Shown one piece after another: positions 1-12,816 of a stretch of DNA of 64,000 nt. The position numbers were made by a program, and so were the translations under genes. This DNA is from Amoebophrya sp. A120 (lineage: Eukaryota > Protista > Dinoflagellata): the NCBI GenBank assembly GCA_905178155.1, contig CAJINV010000023.1:594806-658805 (forward strand), given 5' to 3'. A model generated the notes under the pieces. The model was given only the letters and a program-made list of their open reading frames with translations, was not told where the DNA came from and did no database searches. Position 1 is the first letter of the stretch. Every line of letters starts with the position of its first letter.

Positions 1-44
1 AACCCTAGCATCTCTCCAGACCCAAACATATTTGCAATTGATAC

Positions 45-1870
45 CTAGGCCGTAAGTACAACACTCTTCCTGGCGAGTGCTGTGGCAGTGGTGCAGATTG
101 TACGCAGCGGAAATAACTGTAGTTCTTTCCTCGGCAGTAGTACTAGCGTGGTCACCTGCATCAACGCGTGCTCCTCCTGGTTGCAAACTAGCACAGTGTC
201 ACCAGACTCTCGGCAGAGCATATCCAAGAAAAAAACTGTGTTAGTGTAAGTCTTTTGGGAAAACAGCATCACAAGTTTGTCTGCCATGACAGGACAAACT
301 TGTTATGCGCAGATACAAAGGGAAAACACATAGTAAGCGAGCCGGTCATGCATGTGGCGGTTTCGCTCTACCATACGTTTCGGTGTGATTTGCATACAAA
401 ATACAATGCATTTTCTTCCGCTCTCTCATTGGGAAATCCGCGAACTCCGGCGCATCGAAACGGGCTGGCGATTGCACGACGTCGACACCGACCCCGGCTA
501 TGAATACAAAAAAAGCATACAAAATCGTATGTATTGATACAATTTGCAATATATACGGGGAAGCGCATCGAAACTACCGCGAAACGCTTTCCCGCCCATA
601 CTAGATAGCGCATCGAAACTGCTCAGATGCGCTGCTTCCATGTACTTCGCAGAAGCTTTTGCTTCAGATAAGTCGAGAGGAAAAACGAGCATGTCGAGGG
701 AAAAGCGAACGAGCAAGGAAGTCGGTCCGCCTAGGCTTGTACCTTAGCACCCTGCCCCGCAGGGCTAGAACCACCCCCCCCCCCGTGGCTGCATGTGATT
801 TCGCCTGGCCATTGCGATTTTTCCACAGTGTCCCCGAGAAGATTGCCGCGACACTTAGCGAAGCGCCCCCGCTTTGTTTGAAACACATAGCGACTATAAG
901 CAGCGGCCCTGCCTCCCAAGGTCGTTGTAGGTTGGTAATCAGTGAACCGAGAAACGAAAAAAGCCTTTGCGCTTTAAAAGCAAAAACTATGAACGCCAGC
1001 GAGGCAGCGCGTGGCGACCCCCAATGTCGCGCATACTATGCGCGGAACAAGAGACGCGCCGCTCCGTATCGCGACCTAGCAGATCTTCTTCTAGGTTCGC
1101 TCTACCAATACATATTTCACACCGAAACTACGGTAGTAGCGAAACGACGTCATGCATCTCGAGCATGACAAGTGTAACTGTTTGGCATTTTCTGCATCAC
1201 AGATTTACACTTACACAGTTTTTTTCTTGCAGAAGTTCCACTTAGTCCTCCGAGCAACAATGTACGAAACAAAAAGAACAACCAGCGAGTATCCTGAGTA
1301 AAAACGTACCCACACCAGAGTTGTCATGCAAATCTGCATGCTTAAAATGTTTGTCATGCGGAGCCCCATGAGAAGCATTTTCTAAGGGTGTTTTGAAATT
1401 TGTCATGCTCCAATCAGCATGAGAGACTAGATCTGTAATGCTGCTGAACTAGCTCAAACAGCACTACACTACGCGTCCAAATTTGTCATGCGAAACAAGC
1501 AAAGTTGGCCGATTTGTCTAGCAGATTTTCCATCTTGACTCTGGTGTGGGTACGTTTTTACTCAGGATAGCGAGATGGCAAAAAATATCAGCGAGTCGAC
1601 AAGGCCTGGTCTGCTGCAAACCTGGAATCCGTTACGGCAAGCGGAGGAGTGGTAATCGAGAAGCCGTCCTCGTCCTGGGAAACAAACAGTGTATCAAAGA
1701 AAAAGCCGCACATCAGGATCATTATTTTAATTTTGCAGGTGATTCAGTTCTTTCTGATTTAGCATGACAAGTTGCAATCTTCCAGACATCCAGGGAAGAT
1801 ATTGGCGGTACATAGAGGTGTGGAAGGATTGACACGGTCCCCAAAATTTTGCCGCGATTTCTTCTTTTTA
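45..1870 (-). CDS. Small putative membrane protein, multi-exon, 5' end uncertain
   Basis: Joining minus-strand segments ~1690-1570, 1289-1234 and ~225-45 across introners gives ...VCFPGRGRLLDYHSSACRNGFQVCSRPGLVDSLIFFAISLVVLFVSYIVARRTKWNFCRESGDTVLVC...VVLTA*. It has one clear hydrophobic helix followed by basic residues. No family recognised. Confidence 0.4.
354..1148. mobile_element. Non-autonomous TIR DNA transposon (MULE-like MITE) nested in a family-D introner
   Basis: Exact 9-bp duplication GTCATGCAT at 345-353 and 1149-1157. Imperfect ~35-bp TIRs (GTGGCGGTTTCGCTCTACCATACGTTTCGGTGTGA / TCACACCGAAACTACGGTAGTAGCGAAACGAC). Removing it restores an element like 4540-4748. Confidence 0.75.
1290..1569. 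mobile_element. Introner family C (representative, ~280 bp)
   Basis: TIR TATCCTGAGTAAAAACGTACCCACACCAGAGT, flanked by GCGAG/GCGAG. Relatives at 11651, 39488, 48712, 55416, 59216 and 62338, among others. Confidence 0.92.
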
Positions 1871-2090
1871 TTTGTGCTCAGTCGGGTGTATTGGTACTTG
1901 TAGCGTAGTGAAAATAAGGCAATATTGATTCACACGGATCAGCTATCCGATCGATCTTGGTGAATCAATATCTGCTTTTTATTCCACTGTACGCTTTTTT
2001 TCGTGCAGAGCAGTAGATTCATTTTGTTGACTTAGACTTGATGACCCAAGTGAAGGATGCATACGCTTTTATCGTGAAAAGCAGCCGGCC

Positions 2091-5000
2091 ATGGAAAAGA
2101 TAGAAAAGGCCCGCGGAGGTGGTCGTGGTGTATCAAATGCAAAAGTGTCTGGGTCTGGAAACTTGTGATGCTAAAATGTGCATGATGAAAACACTTCCGA
2201 ATTCAGCCCGGCATGACAAGTTCCCAAAACGCTTTCTCATAGGCAATCCGCATGAGAAACTGCGTTTTTGCATGGCAAAAGAGGCTGCGGCTTTTGTTGG
2301 TTATGCAATACAGATTTTCTAGGTATGGAAAGTTAGCATTACAAGTTCCAATCTTCCAGACCCAGACATTTTTACAATCCATATGGTGCCGATTTCATTG
2401 GTATTAATGCCCGCATCCAAGAACAAAATCTTCTGGTGCGCGTAGAAGTTCTCCTTTGTGCGTACATTTTATGCATCGCAAATACCCCTCGATGTCTGGA
2501 AAGAATGAGATTTGTATTGCTAATTTTCGATCAACATACAAAAACCTGTATCGTATGAGCAGCAAAAGGCTGCACTCAGATTGTTGCCACCCGAACAAGA
2601 GGGCATTTCTCATGCAGGATAGGCATAGGGAAACCTTCGTAGTAAAAGCTGTGATGCTAGAGCGTATGCATCACAGACATCGCGGGTCATGCACAATTTG
2701 CATGACAAATTGCCCCAATCTTCCAGACCCAGATCGATATTTGCAATGGATACATATCTCTTTGGTACAACATTGCCCCAACCTCGGGTGGTCGTGGTAG
2801 TATCAAATGTAAAAATGTCTGGGTCTGGAAGAATGCAACTTGTGATGCTGCGTCTGCATTATCTAAAAATCTGTATTGCATGAACAGCAAAAGAGGTCTG
2901 GTTTTGGCCACGGCGAGCGGGCATTTCTCATGCGGTATAGGCATCAGAAAGCCCTCACGAGATCTGTGATGCTAGGGCATGCATCGCAGACATCAGGAGT
3001 CATGCAAAATGTGCATGACAAACCTTGCATCCTTCCAGACCCAGACATTTTTACACTTGATAGGTAGTACAACTACACAAGAGTATCCTATCCAACAAAA
3101 AAACTGTGTAGGTGTAACATTGTACGGAAGAGGAAGAGCAGCATCTTCACAAGTTCGTTTTGCATAATTACAGGCGGGAAATAAACCTGTCATGCGCAGC
3201 TAGTAGCAGTGGAAACGGGCGTATGAAGGTGGCCTATGAAGACCGCAGAAATTCAGCATGAAAAGTGACAACTGTTGTACATAATTCTGCATCACAGATT
3301 TAGTGCACTCACATAGTCTTATTTTTCTTGGATACATCCTCGAGTGGGGCGGCTCCGGTTCCTATCAAAATGAAAAAAGCCCCCACTCCATATCAAATGG
3401 GAAATCTGTGATGCAGGATCTGTGTACACAAATGCGCGCTGCCTTGCAATACGGCATCGCAGCCAGGTCCGCAGCCTCGGGAGGGACATTTGGGTCTAGG
3501 TGCTTAGCATTACAAACGGCTGTCCTAAAGGCCCAACAGCATGCCAAACCGCTTTTCTATAATGGGGCGGAAGCTTCTGCACTTGTCCGCTATGCAAGAC
3601 AGACGTGATTTGTGGTCTCAAATCAGCAAGACAAATTTTCGGAAGCTGCATGCCTTTTCGATATTCGGACGAGGGGGGATTTTTCCTCTCCATAGTTCCA
3701 CACGGCAGTCTATCAACTGTAAAAATGTCTGGGTCTGGAAGAATCGATGTTTGTCATGCTTGTCTGGCATGAGTCTTAAATCTGTCATGCACGTTACCCA
3801 GGAGCTCTATTTTTCTGTGATGCAGAAACGCAGTCTGTCATGCAGAATAGGCAACACCTAGAAGCTCAGAAACTTGTCATGCGGAGCCAGCATTTGTAGC
3901 CCCATTATGAGACGCCGCCCAGCATCACAAGTTTCCAGACCCAGACACTTTTACATTTGGTACAGTCCTGGAGCGGTTCCGAAAAGACCACCGTATCAAA
4001 AGCAAAAATGTCTGGGTCTGGAAACTTGTAATGCTGCGTTGGGAATAGTGAATGCTCTGTACTGCTGCACAGCCAAGCATGAGAAATATCTGCGCTTCTT
4101 TGTGTTGCGTGTTTCGCATGACAAACTGCGTTTTTGCATGACAGGCAAGAGGGTCTCTTCTGTGACACGCATCACAAACTTTTTGGTCATGCCAGACAAG
4201 CATGACAACTCTCCCAATCTTTCAGACCCAGACATTTTTGCATTTGATACACGGGAAGATATCGCGACAAAAAAATGCTTCACGGTAACCAATTTGATGG
4301 CAAGTTTTGCATCAACACAAGTTTGTCCTACATGCCAGAAAAAATTTCAATTTGCCAATCGATGTCCGTAAACGGAAATAATAAACACGGCGGTTGCAGC
4401 AATGATAAACATAAATGCGTTAATATCTTGCATGTTGTGTGGCAAGACAAACACTTCTGTGATCATGCATTTTCATCTGCGTCACAAGTTCATATACAGT
4501 GAAACACTTTTTTCTCATTTATAAAAGACGGTGAAGTCCTATCCAAGGAAAAAACTGTGTTAGTGTAACTTCTTTGGAGGAATAGCATCACAAATTTGCT
4601 CTGCATGACAGAGAGAGCCTGTCATGCGCGCCTAGTACGTGAAAACACGTACGAAAAGAGCTTCTGATGCATGTCCAGCATGACACGTGTAACTGTTTTG
4701 CATTTTCTGCATCACAGACTTACACTTACACAGTTTTTTTCTTGGATAAGTCCTACTACGAGGTTTTGACTCGAAACGCTACACCCTCATATGCATTGCA
4801 AATATGTCTGGGTCTGGATCTGGAAGTAGAATGCATGTTTGTCATGCTTGTCTGGCACGACTGAAGAGCTTGTGATGCGTGTCCAAGAAGAGACCCTCTT
4901 GCTTGTCATGCAAAACGCAGTTTGTCACGCGGAAACCGCAGCACTAAGCGGCGCAAATATTTCTCACGCTAAGCTGTGCATTACAGAGAACTCACTATTC

Positions 5001-8000
5001 ACAAATCAGCATTACAAGTTTCCAGACATCCAGGGATATTTGCATTTGATACCTCAACCGTTCTCGCGACATTTGCGGAAGGGGCGCCGCTATCCTGTGC
5101 AAAAGTATCGTAGTCGTACTAATTGCAGTATATGCATGACAAATCTTCTTTTCAAAGTAAAACAGCATGACAAATTCCATTTCTCATGCTGAGCAAATTT
5201 GTAATGCAATTCGTACTAGTACGATACTTTTGCAGTTCATAGCCGCGTCACCTATTACAGTGAAAAATGTTCCCATCCCCAAAGTCGCAAAAATTTGTGA
5301 TGCATAAGGTTTTCAAATGAAGAACTTTTTATCTATGCGTGAAAGGAGTATGAACCTTTCTGCTGCAAAATCTCGGCGTGTATCGCATCGCTTGCATGAC
5401 AAGCGCCACTCTTGCTGGGGTCTTTTGCAATGCAAAATTTTTCTATTCACGATTGGAGACCTGTGATCTTCATGCTGATAGCTGCAAGAGGGCGAATGTT
5501 TCATTTGGAAAGGTTTGCAACACAAATGCTTCTCAGTTCGGGGGTGGGGGCATTTTTCACTTTGATATCACCTATCGAAAGGAAAAATCTCCCCACCCCA
5601 TACCTAAACTAAAAATTTGTGATGCAGATTTGTGGTCACAAATCAGCTTTGTCATGCTAGAAGGGAAAAGATGCGGACTGTAGTGCTGGTTGGCGTGGGA
5701 AAGCCTTGCATCTTCAGCATGACAGGGGGCAGCTGGAGGAGGGAAACAGCATGACAAATTTCCTGCAAAGGAGGCCACAGCTGCGTCTCTTGGTCTTCTA
5801 GCATTACAAGTCGATTTGTGTACTCAAATACAGCATCACAAATTTCGTTTTCGATATGGGGAGGGGGGATTTTTCACTTTGATATCACCGTGTTGCGGTT
5901 TATCGGGACGCGACCACGTTCGCGAGCGGCATTATTGTATGCATTGCAAATATGTCTGGGTCTGGAAACTTGTAATGCGAAAGGTGAATGAGAGTTCCAT
6001 TGCAATACGCAGCCACGCATGACAAATTTTTGGGCTCCTATGTGTTGCGTGTTCCGCATGGCAAGCTGCGTTTTTGCATGACGGGTAAGAAGACCGTTTG
6101 GTGCCCATGCATCACAGATTCTTGAGTCATGTCAGACATGCATGACAAATGTAGCAATCTTCCAGACCCAGACACTTTTGCATTTGATACATTGTCCTCC
6201 AAGACGGGGGGCAAGAGGAAAGCCGCATCGTCGCAAATGTATTGCGAGGAAAAGTCCCCCCTCCCCATATCGAAAAGGTATGTTTCTGAAATTTGTGTTG
6301 GTGATTTGAGACCAGAAATCACGTCTGTCTTGCAAGAAGACAAGTGCAAAGGCTTCCGCGCCATCATGGAAGCGATTTGGCATGCTGTTGGGCCTTAGGG
6401 GAGAGCCGTTTGTAATGCTAGACAACTAGACCCAAGCGCCCCTATCTAGGCTGAGGATCTAGCTGCAAGGCCTTACTGCAAGACAGCGCGCGTCTGTGTA
6501 CGGAAATCCAGCATCAGAAACTTCGTCATGATACGGGGTGGGGGGATTTTTCCCGACAATAAAATGGAGGCTGCGTTCTGACGTCCCTGGTGCCCCGCGG
6601 AACCTACAGCTCCAAGCCTAGCAGCGGCGCGGCTGCTCCTTATCAAAAGGAAAAATCCCCCCTCCCCAAATCGAGAAGGACATTTGTGATGCTGGATTTG
6701 CGTACACAAATCAGATTTGCCTTGCAGTGAGGGACTCACTGCAGGCTTATATCAAGCCGAAGTGGAGAGGTCTTGGCCTAGGCGCTCAGCATGACAAAAG
6801 TCCATGCTGTAGGCCCAACAGCATCTATCACAAACCGCCCGCATAATGCGTGGGGGCCTTTTGGGTTTGCCTTCTTGCAACACAGACACGATGTGTGACC
6901 ACAAATCAGCATCACAAATTTCCAACAGTATAGCTTTTCAGTGTAGTGGGAGGGGGGATTTTTCCTCACAATACTCCGCCGACGGTGGTCCCCGGTAGCG
7001 TCCTCGCCATGGCAGCAACTTGGACCGATATGGATTGCAAATATGTCTGGGTCCTCTGGAAACTTGTAATGCTCAAAGTGAATGATAGACTTACTGCAAT
7101 AGCAATAGGCAGCTATGCATGACAAATTTTTTGGCTGCCATGTCTTACGTCTTCCGCATGGCAAACTGGGTTTTTGCATGACAGGTAAGAGGGCCTTTTC
7201 GTGCCTATGCAACACAGATTCTCGAGTCATGCCAGACAAGCATGACAAACTTGCATTCTTCCAGACCCAGACATTTTTACATTTGATAACCGAGGGCTTG
7301 TGGCACTTTGTCGCCGAGGCATTTACGGGACTCTCTTCGCTGCCGGTAACAGAGGCAGGCGCAGTCGAGATCAGCGCGGACGCGCGGCGGGTAGGAGTGC
7401 ATATCAAATGCAAAAGTGTCTGGGTCTGGAGAAGTGTAGACTTCTCATGCCGATTTTTATATGATCCATGTTGTCTGGAGTGCAGGACCTAGCATGACAG
7501 CTTCTGTGAGATCCCTATCATGCCTATCCTGCATGAGAAACTCCCTTTCAACTTGGTCAAAAGTATACCGCTTTTGGGACTCATGCAACAAAGATTTTTG
7601 CATGCTCCAGATTTACCATGACAAGTTGCAATCTTCCAGACCCAGACATTTTTGCAATTCATCGTGCACATCGTGGAACAAACCGCGGTATCAAATGTAA
7701 AAATGTCTGGGTCTGGAAGAGTACAAACGTGTGATGCGCATTTCAGAACACAGAAAAATCTCTCATGCATAGGCAGCAAAAGTTCCCACTTTCTGTTACC
7801 AAAGGCAGGGATTTGTCATGCGGATTCGGCATTGCGGAGGCTTCTCGAAACTTGTGATGCTAGAGCTTCCATGCCAGACCTTCTGTGTCATGCAGAAACA
7901 GCATCACTCTTCCAGACCCAGACATTTTTACACTTGATACGCGGGAGGACCTCGGGGAGCCGGGACGGGGCGGTGGGAGCTGAAAAGCACGACGCTAACA

Positions 8001-10509
8001 AAAGGAAAAATCGCCCCTCCCCATATCGAAATGGAAATCTGTGATGCGGGACTTGTGTACACAAATCGGATTTGTCTTGCAGTAGAGGACTGCGGACAGA
8101 TACGAACCCGGAGTAGGGAGATTTTGGTGTAGGCGCCTAGCGAGGCAGGCAGGTACTCCGTAGGCCATACAGCATTACAAATTGCCTGCAGAACGCGGCG
8201 GGGTTTTTGGATTTGCTTTCATACGGAGACGATTTGTGGCCTCAAATCAGCATCGCAAATTTTCAGAAGTGTCCCGCTTTGGTACGGGGAGGGGGGATTT
8301 TTTCTCACAATAGACGCCGAATTCTCCCCTGTTTGTGCATCTGTCGCGGAAGAGCCCCTTCGCGGTGCAGTTCCTGCGGGCCCTGGGGGTGAACCAGTCC
8401 CAGCTGGTCTACGGCAGGATCTTATCGTAAGGAAAAATCTCCCCTCCCCATATCGAAAAGGAACGCCTCAAAAAATTTGTGATGCTGATTTGTGACCACA
8501 AATCGTGTCTGTCTTGCAAGAAGGCAACGGCATCCGCTCCGCCCCATTATGCAGTCGGTTTGTAATGCTGTTGGTCCTAGAGCATAGGCGTTCCCCATGC
8601 TAAGTGCCTAGGCCAAAACCTCTGCGCACTGGCATGATATCGGCCTGCAGTCCCCTACTGCAAGGCAAATGTGATTTGTGTACGCAAATCCAGCATCAGA
8701 AATTTTGTTTTGATATGGGGTGGGGGCTTTTTTCACTTTGATAGATCTCGGCGCAAAGGCTTGTCGTCCCCGAAATGGGCGAGTGTGGCAATCCCTCACC
8801 CGGCCACGCACAATGGCTTCGCCAGTTCCTGCAGCGAAATTTGGTGGACGCAGCCGACCAGAAAGAAGTCGGGTCGCGGCGACTCCTGGTTCTCATTCGC
8901 AGGCGGGGGAGCCGCCCGGTGCGCAATTGGGCCGCAGTGGAGGAAGTTGGCACCCGGTACGCGGACCGTATCAAATGCAAAAATGTCTGGGTCTGGAAGA
9001 GTGCGCAACTTGTCATGCAGATTTTCCATGACTCATGAGGTCTGGAATGCAGGAACTAGCATGACAGATTCTGTGAGATCTCTGTCATGCCTATCCTGCA
9101 TCAGAAACTCCCTCTACATGAGGTCAAAAGTGGACAACTTTTGGTAAGCATGCAACACAGATTTTTACAGGATGCAGACTTAGCATGACAAGTTGCAACC
9201 TTCCAGACCCAGACATATTCGCAATGCATAGACCGACACGGACTGCAAGTCTACGTTCATAGCGGCACCGGTTCTCTCCAGAAACATATCGAAAGGAAAA
9301 ATCCCCCCTCCCCATATCAAAACGAAATTTCTGATGCTGGATTTGTGTACACAAATCCGAGCTGTCTTGCTGGAGAGCACTGCAGGCCCATACCAAGTGT
9401 GGGTAGACGAAAGGTTTTGGCCTAGGCGCTTATACATGAAGAACATCCGCGCTGTAGGCCCAACAGCATGACCACAAACCGCCTGCACAATGCGGCGGTT
9501 GCCTTCTTGCAAGACAGACGCGATTCGTGGCCACAAATCAGCATCACAAATTTCCAAAAATATGCCTTTTCGGTATGGGGAGGGGAAGTTTTTCCTTTTG
9601 ATAAAGCAGGCGGCTGCGTTTGCGGCCGCGCACACCATTGTCGGCCCGCACGGCGCCGGCTTAGTGTTTATGGCCGCCGCGCTACCCAAGAAAAAAACTG
9701 TGTTAGTGTAACTTTCTTGAAGGAAAAATAGCATGACAAGTTTGCTCTGCATGACACAGAAAACCTGTCATGTGGAGCTAGTATCAGTGAAAACACGTAC
9801 GAAAAGAGCCTCTGATGCATGTGTCTAGCATGACAGGTGATAAGTGTTTTACATACGTCTGCAACACAAAGTTACACTTACACAGTTTTTTTCTTGGATA
9901 CGCGCCGCCCGGGGTGCGCATTGTGGAGTTCATGCGGAACCAGTTGAATTTGTGCTACGCGCGCTTGTATGCATTGCAAATATCCCTGGACGTCTGGAAG
10001 GATGCAACTTGTGATGCTGCGTCTGAACTCTACAAAAATTTGTATTGCATGAACAACAAAAGAGGTCCAGTTTTTGCCACGGCGAGAGGGCATTTCTCAT
10101 GCGATATAGGCATCAGGAAGCCCTCAAAAAATCTGTTATGCTAGGGCATGCAAAGCGGACATCAGGAGTCGTGCAAAATGTGCATTACAATCCTTGCATC
10201 CTTGCAGGCCCAGACATATTTGCAATTCATAGCTTGGCGCTCTACTTGAGCGCGGACTACCAGTGCATTCCCTACATATCCTGTGCAAAAGTATCGTACT
10301 CGTACGTTGTAGTAAAAATCTTCGCAGTTATGCATTACAAATCTAGTTGGTTAGGTAAATCCGCATTACAAATTTAATTTGTAATGCTGAGCCAATTTGT
10401 ATTGCGATTTGTACTAGTACGATACTTTTGCAGTGCATACTACAAAGACGGCGGCAATGTCTCCATTGCCCTGCTGGAGGAATCGCTCAGCAAATGGACA
10501 AGACAATAA
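2091..10509 (+). CDS. Glycosyltransferase family 61 (DUF563-type) protein, split by 26 introners
   Basis: Removing each TAT..ATA element plus 5 nt gives one frame from MEKIEKARGG through LLVRVEVLLCAYISLWY (anchor-like), FAVQFLRALGV, RLVVPEMG, LLVLIRRRGSRPVRNWAAVEEV, QAAAFAAAHTIVGPHGAGLVFM and VRIVEFMRNQLNLCYARLALYL to SKWTRQ* (TAA 10507-10509). The (V/I)GPHGAGL and R..R...N motifs are typical of GT61. Start codon is inferred. Confidence 0.85.
2131..2383. mobile_element. Introner family A (representative; most abundant, several internal subfamilies, ~250-275 bp)
   Basis: TIR TATCAAATGYAAAAATGTCTGGGTCTGGAA...TTCCAGACCCAGACATTTTTRCATTTGATA, flanked by TGGTG/TGGTG. Dozens of copies, e.g. 2801, 3711, 7029, 8969, 59556, 61146, 62032. 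Confidence 0.95.
3363..3694. mobile_element. Introner family B (representative, ~315-335 bp)
   Basis: TIR TATCRWAAxGAAAAATCCCCCTCCCCATAT...ATATGGGGAGGGGGGATTTTTC..ATA, flanked by GTTCC/GTTCC. Copies at 5573, 6240, 6641, 8422, 9287, 58337, 60143 and 60773, among others. Confidence 0.95.
4540..4748. mobile_element. Introner family D (representative, ~210 bp)
   Basis: TIR TATCCAAGRAAAAAACTGTG...CACAGTTTTTTTCTTGGATA, flanked by AGTCC/AGTCC. Copies at 231, 3089, 9683 and 17924. Confidence 0.9.
5091..5241. mobile_element. Introner family E (representative; shortest, ~145-165 bp)
   Basis: Ends TATCCTGTGCAAAAGTATCGTA...TACGATACTTTTGCAGTTCATA, flanked by GCCGC/GCCGC. Copies at 10277, 47014, 59932 and 60553. 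Confidence 0.9.
5253..5567. mobile_element. Introner family F (representative, ~315-335 bp)
   Basis: Ends TATTACAGTGAAAAATG..CCC.CCCC / GGGGTGGGGGCATTTTTCAC..ATA, flanked by TCACC/TCACC. Copies at 19410, 55789, 58748 and 61700. Confidence 0.85.
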
Positions 10510-12696
10510 AAGTATCAAATGTAAAAATGTCTTGGTCTGGAAATTTGTGATGCTTCTTGGCGTATCATGAGGAGGCCACAAGTGCTGGCTCAGCATGACA
10601 AGTTTCTGAGCTTCCAGGTGTTGCCTATTCTGCATGACAAACTGCGTTTCTGCATGACAGAAAAGTGCTGGCGCTCTTGGGTAACATGCATGACAGATTT
10701 GAGAGTCATGCCAGACAAGCATGACAAACATGCACTCCTCCAGACCCAGACATTTTTACATTTGATAAAACAGGTCCGAATCGAAAAATGGACAAGAAAA
10801 GTTGTGAAATATTAAAAGTTTTACTCCGATGAACAAAGCATAGGTCTAGATTTACCGGGCGCCGAACTTCTCGCACAGAACCTGCACAGACCTTGTCAGG
10901 CCGCCGCGCGCAAAAGTTGGCGCAGAGTAAAAACTGCAAGAACGCTTTTCATTTTCTCCGGATCATGTTCATGGTGCATGTACTGCATAGACCACGACGG
11001 CCTTCTTACTTTGTTCTGGCGACATTCTATCAGATGCAAATAGGTCTGGGTCTGGAAAAGTGCCAGGTTTATCATGCACATTTTCCATGGTCCGTGATGG
11101 CTGTGATGCTTGGCGTGGCGTCACAGCTTCTGCGACGGCTTTCTGATGCTCATACTGCATGAGAAATGCTCTCTCCGCGCAGCAAAAATTGAAGCCCTTT
11201 GTTTGCTGTTCATGCAATACAGATTTTATGTACAGTCCAAGGATAGTATTACAAGCTGCATCCTGCCAGACCCAGACATATTTGCAGCTGATGATGCACT
11301 CGTGAGTTCCCGCGTGGTGGAGGTGGGTCTCGAGTTGCTTAGTACTTATGCGAAGAAAAAAGTGTTACAGTTACACATTGTGTTGCAGGGCCAGCATGAC
11401 AGACCACCTCTGTCATGCCGGATATGCATAGGAGCCTCGTTTCATAGGTGTTTTATTCCCGTAGGATTCCTGCATTACAAGTTTTCTCTCTCATGCAGAG
11501 AAATTTGTGTTGCCGAATTGACTACAAATGTGTAACTGTAACATTTTTTTCGTGGGATAGTAATCGTGAACAGTTCAGTGGTCCGCGAGATGCCGTTTTC
11601 CTCAGGATCTGACGTCGTGTAACTCTCATGCTGGGAAAACAGCATGAGACTATCCTGAGTAAAAACGTACCCACACCAGAGTCAGGATGGGGATTTTGCA
11701 ACACAGACCTAGGAGTTTTGTGAGTCACGCATGACAAGCTGCACTCTGCAGTGTAGTGCAGGTTAGCAAGTGCAGCCGCGTCACAGATTCATCCGCTCAT
11801 CCTGTTCACAGCATCACAAATTCCAAAACACGATTGGAAATGGCTCTCATGGGGATGCGCGTTACAAGTCTTCCATTCCTGTCTTTGCAAATCTGCATTA
11901 CAACTCTGGTGTGGGGACGTTTTTACTCAGGATAGAGACGCATGTTGACATAGTGACGACGAGATGAACTTGAACTGGTTTAAAAATATTTAAATACGTA
12001 TGCAAATATCAACATGGTTTTTTTTTCCACCTTTTTCCGTATGCTAGAAGAACCACTTCGGGCCCGAAGAGAAGCGGCACTACCGGCGCCACGGTCTCAA
12101 TCGAAGAGCAGGGCGCCCGCGCTTCATTAAGTGGGCGGCTACGGCAGTCTTCGTGCATCAACTCCCTGCCCTAGAACTCTATCAAATGCAAATATGTCGG
12201 GGTCTGGATGACGAGTCCAGAAGTTTGTCATGCAGATTTCAGATGCCCCGCGGGGTCTGGAATGCAGGATCCAGCATGCATGATCACAGGTTTGTTCGCA
12301 ACGGCTTTGCAATGCGTATTCCGCATGTGAAATGTAGTCTTAGCACGGCCAAAAGAGGGCATCTTGTGCTACTCGCGCAAGACAAATTTTTGTGTGACGT
12401 ACAGCATGCATCACAAGTCGCACCCTGCCAGGAGAACCAGACATATTTGCATTTGATAAACCCCGTGCGTCAGTCTATGTTGTCTCGTGGACCGCTTGTG
12501 AGCGCTGCTGTCTTATCAAGTACAAAAATGTCTGGGTCTGGAAGATTGCCAGGTTTGTCATGCGTATTTTGCATGTTGGCCCACGATGCCTGTAATGCAT
12601 GACCTAGCGTCACAGATTTTGCGAATGCTTTCTGATGCGTATTCCGCATGCGAAATGTCTCTCCGTGTAGCACAAACTGGACTCCTTTTGCTGGTC

Positions 12697-12816
12697 TGCC
12701 ACTCTAACGGTGCCTCACATCGGGTCCGACCCCCGTTAGAGCTTGACCCTATCCCCCCGAGGTCATGCCCAGAGGCATTGGTCGTAAAGGGGGTACAGTG
12801 GTTGAGGGGTAAAAAA
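12697..12816 (+). mobile_element. 120-bp A-tailed structured insertion (SINE or LINE-3'-end-like) inside a family-A introner
   Basis: GGTC duplicated at 12693-12696 and 12817-12820. Ends in AAAAAA. Internal stems CTCTAACGG/CCGTTAGAG and ATGCC/GGCAT. Host introner consensus resumes directly after it. Confidence 0.6.

Noticed and set aside
1-10. AACCCTAG at the window start as a chromosome end
   Set aside because: It is a single unit lying inside a truncated family-A introner.
659-1168. 169-aa ORF as a possible transposase of the nested MITE
   Set aside because: Too short, no DDE or DNA-binding motif, and it runs through the TIR.
2131-10500. Regular alternation of repeats and short unique segments resembling a CRISPR array
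   Set aside because: Repeats are 150-335 bp from several families in both orientations, the 'spacers' join into protein-coding frames, and no cas genes are present.
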